Shown piece by piece: positions 49,001 to 61,300 of a stretch of 64,000 nucleotides of DNA (its first letter is position 1; each line of letters starts with the position of its first letter). Origin of the DNA: Eledone cirrhosa. Its lineage: Eukaryota. Made by a program: the position numbers and the translations under genes. The stretch covers positions 256,680,001 through 256,744,000 of the forward strand of contig OZ024741.1 of NCBI GenBank assembly GCA_964016885.1. Direction: 5' to 3'. The notes under the pieces were generated by a model. That model did not search any database. It was not told the DNA's origin and saw only the letters and a program-made list of their open reading frames with translations.

Positions 49001-52000
49001 ACAAGTGTTTTGACTTACGGGTGTTTTGACATACGAGTGTTTCGATACGAGTGTTCTGACTTACGAGTGTTTCCGCTTACGAGTGTTTCGGCTTACGAGT
49101 GTTTCGACTTACTAATGTTTTTACTTACGAGTGTTTCGGTGTACGAGTGTTTCGACTTAAGGATGTTTCGACTTACGAGTGTTTCGACTTACGAGTGTTT
49201 CGACTTACGAGTGTTTTGGCTTACGAATGTTTTGACTTACGGGTGTTTCGACTTACGGGTGTTTCGGCTTACGAGTGTTTCGACTTACGAGTGTTTTGAC
49301 TTACGAGTGTTCTGACTTATGAGTGTTCCGACTTACGAGTGTTCCGACTTACGAGTGTTTTGACCTACGAGTGTTCCGACTTACGAGTGTTTCGGCTTAC
49401 GGGTGTTTCGACGTACGAGTATTTTTGGCTTACGAGTGTTTCGACTTACGAGTGTTTTGAATTACGATTGTTTCGGCTTACGAGTGTTTCGACTTACGAG
49501 TATTTCGACTTACGAGTGTTTTGACTTATGGGTGTTTTGACATACGAGTGTTTCGATACGAATGCTCTGACTTACGAGTGTTCTGACTTACGAGTGTTCT
49601 GACTTACGGGTGTTCTGACTTACGTGTGTTCCGACTTACGAGTGTTTCGGCTATGGGTGTTTCGACTTACGAGTGTTTCGACTTACGAATGTTTTGGCTT
49701 ACGAGTGTTTCGGCTTACGAGTGTTTCGACTTACGAATGTTTTGGCTTACGAGTGTTTCGGCTTGCGGGTGTTTCGACTTATGATTGTTTCGACTTACGA
49801 GTGTTTTGACTTACGGTGTTTCGGCTTACGAGTTATTCGACATACGAGTGTTTCGACTTACGGGTGTTTCGACTTACGGGTGTTTTGACTTACGAGTGTT
49901 TCGACTTATGAGTGTTTCGACTTACAAGTGTTCTGACTTACGAGTGTTCTGACTTACGAGTGTTCCGACTTACGAGTGTTTAGGTTTACGAGTGTTTCGA
50001 AACACGAGTGTTTTAACTTACGTGTGTTTCGACTTACGGGTGTTTCGACTTACGAGTGTTTCGGTGTACGAGTGTTTCGACTTAAGGATGTTTCGATTTA
50101 CGAGTGTTTCGACTTACGATTGTTTCGGCTTACGTGAGTTTCGACTTAAGAGTGTTCTGATTTACGAGTGTTCTGACTTGCGGGTGTTCTGATTTACGAG
50201 TGTTCCGACTTACGAGTGTTTCGGCTTATGAGTGTTTCGACTTACGAGTGTTTCGGCTTACGAGTGTTTCGCCTTATGGGTGTTTCGACTTACGAGTGTT
50301 TTGACTTACGAGTGTTTTGACTTACATGTGTTTCGACTTATGGTGTTTCGGCTTACGAGTGTTTCGACATACGAGTGTTTTGACGTACGGGTGTTTCGAT
50401 ACGAGTGTTCTGACTTACGAGTGTTCTGACTTACGAGTGTTCTGACTTACGGGTGTTCTAACTTACGAGTGTTCCGACTTACGAGTGTTTCGGCTTATGA
50501 GGGTTTCGACTTACGAGTGCTTCGGCTTACGAGTGTTTCGACTTACGAGTGTTTCGGCTTACGAGTGTTTCGAATTACGAATGTTTTGGCTTACGAGTGT
50601 TTCGGCTTACGAGTGTTTCGACTTACGAGTGTTTCGACTTACGAGTGTTTTGACTTATGGTGTTTCGGCTTACGAGTGTTTCGACTTACGAGTGTTTTGA
50701 CTTGCGAGTGTTTTGACTTACGGTGTTTCTGCTTACGAGTGTTTCGACTTACGAGTGTTATGACTTACGGGTGTTTTGACATACGAGTGTTTCGATACGA
50801 GTGTTTCGACTTACGAGTGTTTTGACTTACGAGTGTTTCGAGTTACGAGTGTTTCGAATTACGAATGTTTTTACTTACGAATGTTCTGACTTACGGGTGT
50901 TTCGGCTTACGAGTGTTTCGACTTACGAGTGTTTTAACTTACGGGTGTTTCTACTTACGCGTGTTTCGACTTGCAAGTGTTTCGACTTACGAGTGTTTCG
51001 ACTACGAATGTGCCGACTTACGAGTGTTTCGACTTATGAGTGTTTCGACTTACGAGTGTTCTGACTTACGGGTGTTCCGACTGACGAGTGTTTCGGCTTA
51101 CGATTGTTTTGACTTACGATTGTTTTGGCTTACGAATGTTTCGACTTACGAGTGTTTCAACTTACGAGTGTTTTGACTTACGGTGTTTCGGCTTACGAGT
51201 GTTTCGACTTACGGGTGTTTTGACATACGAGTGTTTCGACTTACGAGTGTTACGGGTGTTCTGACTTACGAGTGTTTCGACTTACGAGTGTTCTGACCTA
51301 CGAGTGTTCTGACTTACGTGTGTTTCGACTTACGAGTGTTTTGACTTACGGGTGTTTCGACTTACGAGTGTTTCGACTTACGAGTGTTTCGAGTTACGGG
51401 TGTTTCGACTTACGACTGTTTTGACTTACGAGTGTTAAGACTTACGGGTGTTTTGACATACGAGTGATTCGATACGAGTGTTTCGACTTACGAGTGTTTT
51501 GACTTACGGGTGTTTTGACATACGAGTGTTTCGATACGAGTGTTCTGACTTACGAGTGTTCTGACTTACGAGTGTTCTGACTTACGAGTGTTCTGACTTA
51601 CGAGTGTTCCGACTTACGAGTGATCTGACTTACGAGTGTTCCTACTTACGAGTGTTTCGACTTACGAGTGTTTCGACTTGCGAGTGTTTCGACTTACGAA
51701 TGTTCCGACTTACGAAAATAACAAATAGACGCGGTTTCAAATATCTATGCTTTTCAAATTCATTACATTAATCTTTATTCATACGTTTCGCTTTACGTGT
51801 GTTTCGGCGTACGAGTGTTTCGACTTACGAGTGTTTTAACTTACGGTTGTTTCGACTTAAGCGTGTTTCGACTACGAATGTTCCGACTTACGAGTGTTTC
51901 GACTTACGAGTGTTTCGACTTACGAGTGCTTTGACTTACGAATGTTTTGACTTACTTCGACTTACGAGTGATCTGACTTACGAGTGTTCCTACTTACGAG

Positions 52001-54740
52001 TGTTTCGACTTACGAGTGTTTCGACTTGCGAGTGTTTCGACTTACGAGTGTTTCGACTTACGAAAATAACAAATAGACGCGGTTTCAAATCTCTATGCTT
52101 TTCAAATTCATTACATTAATCTTTATTTATACGTTTCGCTTTACGAGTGTTTCGAGTTACAAGTGTTTCGACATACGAGTGATTCGGCTAACGAGTGTTT
52201 TGATTTACGAGTGTTTTGACTTACGGGTGCTTCGACATACGCGTGTTTCGACTTACGAGTGTTTCGACTTACGAGTGTTTCGACTTACGATTGTTTCGGC
52301 TTACGAGTGTTTCGACTTACGAGTGTTCTGACTACGAGTGTTTTGACTTACGGGTGTTCTGACTTACGAGTGTTCCGACTTACGAGTGTTTCGGCTTATG
52401 AGTGTTTCGACTTACAAGGGCTTCGACTTACGAGTGTTTCGGCTTACGGGTGTTTCGACTTACGAATGTTTTTGCTTACGAGTGTTTCGGCTTACGAGTG
52501 TTTCGGCTTATGAGTGTTTCGACTTACAAGTGTTTTGACTTACGGGTGTTTTGACATACGAGTGTTTCGATACGAGTGTTCTGACTTACGAGTGTTTCCG
52601 CTTACGAGTGTTTCGGCTTACGAGTGTTTCGACTTACTAATGTTTTTACTTACGAGTGTTTCGGTGTACGAGTGTTTCGACTTAAGGATGTTTCGACTTA
52701 CGAGTGTTTCGACTTACGAGTGTTTCGACTTACGAGTGTTTTGGCTTACGAATGTTTTGACTTACGGGTGTTTCGACTTACGGGTGTTTCGGCTTACGAG
52801 TGTTTCGACTTACGAGTGTTTTGACTTACGAGTGTTCTGACTTATGAGTGTTCCGACTTACGAGTGTTCCGACTTACGAGTGTTTTGACCTACGAGTGTT
52901 CCGACTTACGAGTGTTTCGGCTTACGGGTGTTTCGACGTACGAGTATTTTTGGCTTACGAGTGTTTCGACTTACGAGTGTTTTGAATTACGATTGTTTCG
53001 GCTTACGAGTGTTTCGACTTACGAGTATTTCGACTTACGAGTGTTTTGACTTATGGGTGTTTTGACATACGAGTGTTTCGATACGAATGCTCTGACTTAC
53101 GAGTGTTCTGACTTACGAGTGTTCTGACTTACGGGTGTTCTGACTTACGTGTGTTCCGACTTACGAGTGTTTCGGCTATGGGTGTTTCGACTTACGAGTG
53201 TTTCGACTTACGAATGTTTTGGCTTACGAGTGTTTCGGCTTACGAGTGTTTCGACTTACGAATGTTTTGGCTTACGAGTGTTTCGGCTTGCGGGTGTTTC
53301 GACTTATGATTGTTTCGACTTACGAGTGTTTTGACTTACGGTGTTTCGGCTTACGAGTTATTCGACATACGAGTGTTTCGACTTACGGGTGTTTCGACTT
53401 ACGGGTGTTTTGACTTACGAGTGTTTCGACTTATGAGTGTTTCGACTTACAAGTGTTCTGACTTACGAGTGTTCTGACTTACGAGTGTTCCGACTTACGA
53501 GTGTTTAGGTTTACGAGTGTTTCGAAACACGAGTGTTTTAACTTACGTGTGTTTCGACTTACGGGTGTTTCGACTTACGAGTGTTTCGGTGTACGAGTGT
53601 TTCGACTTAAGGATGTTTCGATTTACGAGTGTTTCGACTTACGATTGTTTCGGCTTACGTGAGTTTCGACTTAAGAGTGTTCTGATTTACGAGTGTTCTG
53701 ACTTGCGGGTGTTCTGATTTACGAGTGTTCCGACTTACGAGTGTTTCGGCTTATGAGTGTTTCGACTTACGAGTGTTTCGGCTTACGAGTGTTTCGCCTT
53801 ATGGGTGTTTCGACTTACGAGTGTTTTGACTTACGAGTGTTTTGACTTACATGTGTTTCGACTTATGGTGTTTCGGCTTACGAGTGTTTCGACATACGAG
53901 TGTTTTGACGTACGGGTGTTTCGATACGAGTGTTCTGACTTACGAGTGTTCTGACTTACGAGTGTTCTGACTTACGGGTGTTCTAACTTACGAGTGTTCC
54001 GACTTACGAGTGTTTCGGCTTATGAGGGTTTCGACTTACGAGTGCTTCGGCTTACGAGTGTTTCGACTTACGAGTGTTTCGGCTTACGAGTGTTTCGAAT
54101 TACGAATGTTTTGGCTTACGAGTGTTTCGGCTTACGAGTGTTTCGACTTACGAGTGTTTCGACTTACGAGTGTTTTGACTTATGGTGTTTCGGCTTACGA
54201 GTGTTTCGACTTACGAGTGTTTTGACTTGCGAGTGTTTTGACTTACGGTGTTTCTGCTTACGAGTGTTTCGACTTACGAGTGTTATGACTTACGGGTGTT
54301 TTGACATACGAGTGTTTCGATACGAGTGTTTCGACTTACGAGTGTTTTGACTTACGAGTGTTTCGAGTTACGAGTGTTTCGAATTACGAATGTTTTTACT
54401 TACGAATGTTCTGACTTACGGGTGTTTCGGCTTACGAGTGTTTCGACTTACGAGTGTTTTAACTTACGGGTGTTTCTACTTACGCGTGTTTCGACTTGCA
54501 AGTGTTTCGACTTACGAGTGTTTCGACTACGAATGTGCCGACTTACGAGTGTTTCGACTTATGAGTGTTTCGACTTACGAGTGTTCTGACTTACGGGTGT
54601 TCCGACTGACGAGTGTTTCGGCTTACGATTGTTTTGACTTACGATTGTTTTGGCTTACGAATGTTTCGACTTACGAGTGTTTCAACTTACGAGTGTTTTG
54701 ACTTACGGTGTTTCGGCTTACGAGTGTTTCGACTTACGAG
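41700..54740 (+). repeat. Tandem higher-order repeat, periods 3525 + 2465 (deleted copy) + 3525 bp; boundaries approximate
   Basis: ORF-track offsets are 42999/46524 = 3525, 46524/48989 = 2465 and 48989/52514 = 3525. Spacer pairs lie at 42201+42549, 45726+46074 and 51716+52064. Confidence 0.92.
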
Positions 54741-55264
54741 TGTTTTGACTTACGGGTGTTTTGACATACGAGTGTTTCGATACGAGTGTTCTGACTTACG
54801 AGTGTTCTGACTTACGAGTGTTCTGACTTACGAGTGTTCTGACTTACGGGTGTTCTGACTTACGAGTGTTCCGACTTACGAGTGTTTCGGCTTATGAGGG
54901 TTTCGACTTACGAGTGCTTCGGCTTACGAGTGTTTCGACCTACGAATGTTTCGGCTTACGAGTGTTTCGACTTACGAATGTTTTGGCTTACGAGTGTTTC
55001 GGCTTACGAGTGTTTTGAATTACGAGTGTTTCGACTTACGAGTGTTTTGACTTACGGTGTTTCGGCTTACGAGTGTTTCGACTTACGAGTGCTTTAACTT
55101 ACGGGTGTTTCGACTTACGCGTGTTTCGACTTACGTATGTTCCGACTTACGAGTGTTTCGACATACGAGTGTTTCGGCTTACGAGTGTTTCGACTTACGA
55201 GTGTTTCGACTTACGAGTGTTCTGACTTACGAGTGTTCTGACTTACGAGTGTTCTGACTTACGA

Positions 55265-55333
55265 AAATAACGTATAGACGCGGTTTCAAATATCTATGCT
55301 TTTCAAATTCATTACATTAATCTTTATTTATAC
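55265..55333 (+). repeat. 69-bp spacer, haplotype E (AATAACGTATAG or AATAACATATAG plus CAAATATCTA)
   Basis: The CGTATAG form is at 55265, 55556 and 63760; the CATATAG form is at 58995. Confidence 0.93.
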
Positions 55334-56574
55334 GTTTCGCTTTACGAGTGTTTCGGCGTACGAGTGTTTCGACTTACGAGTGTTTTAACTTACGGTTGTT
55401 TCGACTTACGCGTGTTTCGACTTACGAATGTTCCGACTTACGCGTGTTTCGACTTACGAGTGTTTCGACTTACGAGTGTTTCGACTTACAAATGTTCCGA
55501 CTTACGAGTGTTTCTACTTACGAGTGTTTCGGCTTACGAGTGTTTCGACTTACGAAAATAACGTATAGACGCGGTTTCAAATATCTATGCTTTTCAAATT
55601 CATTACATTAATCTTTATTTATACGTTTCGCTTTACGAGTGTTTCGGCGTACGAGTGTTTCGACTTACGAGTGTTTTAACTTACGGTTGTTTCGACTTAC
55701 GCGTGTTTCGACTACGAATGTTCCGACTTACGAGTGTTTCGACTTACGAATGTTTTGACTTACGGGTGTTTCGACTTACGCGTGTTTCGACTCACGAATG
55801 TTCCGACTTACGAGTGTTTCGACATACGAGTGTTTCGGCTTACGAGTGTTTCGACTTACGAGTGTTTCGACTTACGAGTGTTCTGACTTACGAGTGATCT
55901 GACTTACGAGTGTTCCTACTTACGAGTGTTTCGACTTACGAGTGTTTCGGCTTACGAGTGTTTCGGTGTTTCGGCTTACGTGTGTTTCGACTTACGAGTG
56001 TTTTGACTTACGAGTGTTTCGGCTTATGAGTGTTTCGACTTACGAGTGCTTCGGCTTACGAGTGTTTCGACTTACGAGTGTTTCGGCTTACGAGTGTTTC
56101 GGCTTACGAGTGTTTCAACGTACGAATGTTTTGGCTTACGAGTGTTTCGGCTTATGAGTGTTTCGACTTACGAGTGTTTCGGCTTACGAGTGTTTCGGCT
56201 TACGAGTGTTTCGACTTACGAGTGTTTCGACTTACGAGTGTTTCGACTTACGAGTGTTTCGACTTACGAGTGTTTTGACTTACGGTGTTTCGGCTTACGA
56301 GTGTTTCGACTTACGAGTGTTTTGACTTACTGGTGTTTTGACATACGAGTGTTTCGATACGAGTGTTTCGACTTACGAGTGTTCTGACTTACGAGTGTTC
56401 TGACTTACGAGTGTTCTGACTTACGAGTGTTCCGACTTACGAGTGTTTCGGCTCACCAGTGTTTCGGCTTACGAGTGTTTCGACTTATGAAAATAACAAA
56501 TAGACGCGGTTTCAAATCTCTATGCTTTTCAAATTCATTACATTAATCTTTATTTATACGTTTCGCTTTACGAG

Positions 56575-58320
56575 TGTTTCGACTTACGAGTGTTTCGACT
56601 TACGAGTGTTTCGGCTTACGATTGTTTTGACTTACGAGTGTTTTGACTTACATGTGTTTCGACTTACGCGTGTTTCGGCTTACGAGTGTTTCGAATTACG
56701 AGTGTTCTGACTACGAGTGTTCTGACTTACGGGTGTTCTGACTTACGAGTGTTCCGACTTACGAGTGTTTAGGCTTATGAGTGTTTCGACTTACGGGTGT
56801 TTCGGCTTTCGAGTGTTTCGACTTACGAGTGTTTCGGGTTACGAGTGTTTCGACTTACGAATGTTTTCGCTTACGAGTGTTTCGGCTTACGAGTGTTTCG
56901 ACTTACGAGTGTTTCGACTTACGAGTGTTTTGACTTACGGTTTTTCGGCTTGCGAGTGTTTTGACATACGAGTGTTTTGACTTACGGGCGTTTCGACTTA
57001 CGGGTGTTTCGACTTACGAGTGTTTCGACTTACGAGTGTTCTGACTTACGAGTGTTCTGACTTGCGAGTGTTCCGACTTACGAGTGTTTCGGCTTACGAG
57101 TGTTTCGACATACGAGTGTTTTGACATACGGATGTTTCGACTTACGGGTGTTTCGACTTACGAGTGTTTCGACTTACGAGTGTTTTAACTTACGGGTGTT
57201 TCTACTTACGCGTGTTTCGACTTGCAAGTGTTTCGACTTACGAGTGTTTCGACTATGAATGTGCCGACTTACGAGTGTTTCGACTTATGAGTGTTTCGAC
57301 TTACGAGTGTTCTGACTTACGGGTGTTCCGACTGACGAGTGTTTCGGCTTCCGATTGTTTTGACTTACGATTGTTTTGGCTTACGAATGTTTCGACTTAC
57401 GAGTGTTTCAACTTACGAGTGTTTTGACTTACGGTGTTTCGGCTTACGAGTGTTTCGACTTACGAGTGTTTCGGCTTACGATTGTTTTGACTTACGAGTG
57501 TTTTGACTTACATGTGTTTCGACTTACGCGTGTTTCGGCTTACGAGTGTTTCGAATTACGAGTGTTCTGACTACGAGTGTTCTGACTTACGGGTGTTCTG
57601 ACTTACGAGTGTTCCGACTTACGAGTGTTTAGGCTTATGAGTGTTTCGACTTACGGGTGTTTCGGCTTTCGAGTGTTTCGACTTACGAGTGTTTCGGGTT
57701 ACGAGTGTTTCGACTTACGAATGTTTTCGCTTACGAGTGTTTCGGCTTACGAGTGTTTCGACTTACGAGTGTTTCGACTTACGAGTGTTTTGACTTACGG
57801 TTTTTCGGCTTGCGAGTGTTTTGACATACGAGTGTTTTGACTTACGGGCGTTTCGACTTACGGGTGTTTCGACTTACGAGTGTTTCGACTTACGAGTGTT
57901 CTGACTTACGAGTGTTCTGACTTGCGAGTGTTCCGACTTACGAGTGTTTCGGCTTACGAGTGTTTCGACATACGAGTGTTTTGACATACGGATGTTTCGA
58001 CTTACGGGTGTTTCGACTTACGAGTGTTTCGACTTACGAGTGTTTTAACTTACGGGTGTTTCTACTTACGCGTGTTTCGACTTGCAAGTGTTTCGACTTA
58101 CGAGTGTTTCGACTATGAATGTGCCGACTTACGAGTGTTTCGACTTATGAGTGTTTCGACTTACGAGTGTTCTGACTTACGGGTGTTCCGACTGACGAGT
58201 GTTTCGGCTTCCGATTGTTTTGACTTACGATTGTTTTGGCTTACGAATGTTTCGACTTACGAGTGTTTCAACTTACGAGTGTTTTGACTTACGGTGTTTC
58301 GGCTTACGAGTGTTTCGACT
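56575..58320 (+). repeat. Local tandem duplication, period 860 bp; boundaries approximate
   Basis: ORFs 56765/57625 and 57164/58024 are offset 860. Shared rare variants include TTTAGGCTTATG, GGCTTTCGAG and GGCTTCCGATTG. Confidence 0.88.
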
Positions 58321-61300
58321 TACGAGTGTTTTGACTTACGGGTGTTTTGACATACGAGTGTTTCGATACGAGTGTTCTGACTTACGAGTGTTCTGACTTA
58401 CGAGTGTTCTGACTTACGGATGTTCTGACTTACGAGTGTTCCGACTTACGAGTGTTTCGGCTTATGAGGGTTTCGACTTACGAGTGCTTCGGCTTACGAG
58501 TGTTTCGACCTACGAGTGTTTCGGCTTACGAGTGTTTCGACTTACGAATGTTTTGGCTTACGAGTGTTTCGGCTTACGAGTGTTTCGAATTACGAGTGTT
58601 TCGACTTACGAGTGTTTTGACTTACGGTGTTTCGGCTTACGAGTGTTTCGACTTACGAGTGTTTTAACTTACGGGTGTTTCGACTTACGCGTGTTTCGAC
58701 TTACGAATGTTCCGACTTACGAGTGTTTCGACATACGAGTGTTTCGGCTTACGAGTGTTTCGACTTACGAGTGTTTCGACTTACGAGTGTTCTGACTTAC
58801 GAGTGTTCTGACTTACGAGTGTTCTGACTTACGAGTGTTCCGACTTACGAGTGTTTCGACTTACGAGTGTTTTGACTTACGCGTGTTTCGACTTACGAGT
58901 GTTTCGACTTACGAGTGTTTCGACTTACAAATGTTCCGACTTACGAGTGTTTCTACTTACGAGTGTTTCGGCTTACGAGTGTTTCGACTTACGAAAATAA
59001 CATATAGACGCGGTTTCAAATATCTATGCTTTTCAAATTCATTACATTAATCTTTATTTATACGTTTCGCTTTACGAGTGTTTCGGCGTACGAGTGTTTC
59101 GACTTACGAGTGTTTTAACTTACGGTTGTTTCGACTTACGCGTGTTTCGACTACGAATGTTCCGACTTGCGAGTGTTTCGGCTTACGAGTGTTTTGACTT
59201 ACGGTGTTTCGGCTTACGAATGTTTCGACTTACGAGTGTTTTGACTTACTGGTGTTTTGACATACGAGTGTTTCGATACGAGTGTTTCGACTTACGAGTG
59301 TTCTGACTTACGAGTGTTCTGACTTACGAGTGTTCTGACTTACGAGTGTTCCGACTTACGAGTGTTTCGGCTCACCAGTGTTTCGGCTTACGAGTGTTTC
59401 GACTTATGAAAATAACAAATAGACGCGGTTTCAAATCTCTATGCTTTTCAAATTCATTACATTAATCTTTATTTATACGTTTCGCTTTACGAGTGTTTCG
59501 ACTTACGAGTGTTTCGACTTACGAGTGTTTCGGCTTACGATTGTTTTGACTTACGAGTGTTTTGACTTACATGTGTTTCGACTTACGCGTGTTTCGGCTT
59601 ACGAGTGTTTCGAATTACGAGTGTTCTGACTACGAGTGTTCTGACTTACGGGTGTTCTGACTTACGTGTGTTCCGACTTACGAGTGTTTCGGCTTATGAG
59701 TGTTTCGACTTACGGGTGTTTCGGCTTTTGAGTGTTTCGACTTACGAGTGTTTCGGGTTACGAGTGTTTCGACTTACGAATGTTTTCGCTTACGAGTGTT
59801 TCGGCTTACGAGTGTTTCGACTTACGAGTGTTTCGACTTACGAGTGTTTTGACTTACGGTTTTTCGGCTTGCGAGTGTTTCGACATACGAGTGTTTTGAC
59901 TTACGGGCGTTTCGACTTACGGGTGTTTCGACTTACGAGTGTTTCGGCTTACGAGTGTTTCGACATACGAGTGTTTTGACATACGGATGTTTCGACTTAC
60001 GGGTGTTTCGACTTACGAGTGTTTCGACTTACGAGTGTTCTGACTTACGAGTGTTCTGACTTACGAGTGTTCTGACTTACGAGTGTTCTGACTTACGAGT
60101 GTTCCGACTTACGAGTGATCTGACTTACGAGTGTTCCTACTTACGAGTGTTTCGACTTACGAGTGTTTCGACTTGCGAGTGTTTCGACTTACGAATGTTC
60201 CGACTTACGAAAATAACAAATAGACGCGGTTTCAAATATCTATGCTTTTCAAATTCATTACATTAATCTTTATTCATACGTTTCGCTTTACGTGTGTTTC
60301 GGCGTACGAGTGTTTCGACTTACGAGTGTTTTAACTTACGGTTGTTTCGACTTAAGCGTGTTTCGACTACGAATGTTCCGACTTACGAGTGTTTCGACTT
60401 ACGAGTGTTTCGACTTACGAGTGCTTTGACTTACGAATGTTTTGACTTACTTCGACTTACGAGTGATCTGACTTACGAGTGTTCCTACTTACGAGTGTTT
60501 CGACTTACGAGTGTTTCGACTTGCGAGTGTTTCGACTTACGAGTGTTTCGACTTACGAAAATAACAAATAGACGCGGTTTCAAATCTCTATGCTTTTCAA
60601 ATTCATTACATTAATCTTTATTTATACGTTTCGCTTTACGAGTGTTTCGAGTTACGAGTGTTTCGACATACGAGTGATTCGGCTAACGAGTGTTTTGATT
60701 TACGAGTGTTTTGACTTACGGGTGCTTCGACATACGCGTGTTTCGACTTACGAGTGTTTCGACTTACGAGTGTTTCGACTTACGATTGTTTCGGCTTACG
60801 AGTGTTTCGACTTACGAGTGTTCTGACTACGAGTGTTTTGACTTACGGGTGTTCTGACTTACGAGTGTTCCGACTTACGAGTGTTTCGGCTTATGAGTGT
60901 TTCGACTTACAAGGGCTTCGACTTACGAGTGTTTCGGCTTACGGGTGTTTCGACTTACGAATGTTTTTGCTTACGAGTGTTTCGGCTTACGAGTGTTTCG
61001 GCTTATGAGTGTTTCGACTTACAAGTGTTTTGACTTACGGGTGTTTTGACATACGAGTGTTTCGATACGAGTGTTCTGACTTACGAGTGTTTCCGCTTAC
61101 GAGTGTTTCGGCTTACGAGTGTTTCGACTTACTAATGTTTTTACTTACGAGTGTTTCGGTGTACGAGTGTTTCGACTTAAGGATGTTTCGACTTACGAGT
61201 GTTTCGACTTACGAGTGTTTCGACTTACGAGTGTTTTGGCTTACGAATGTTTTGACTTACGGGTGTTTCGACTTACGGGTGTTTCGGCTTACGAGTGTTT

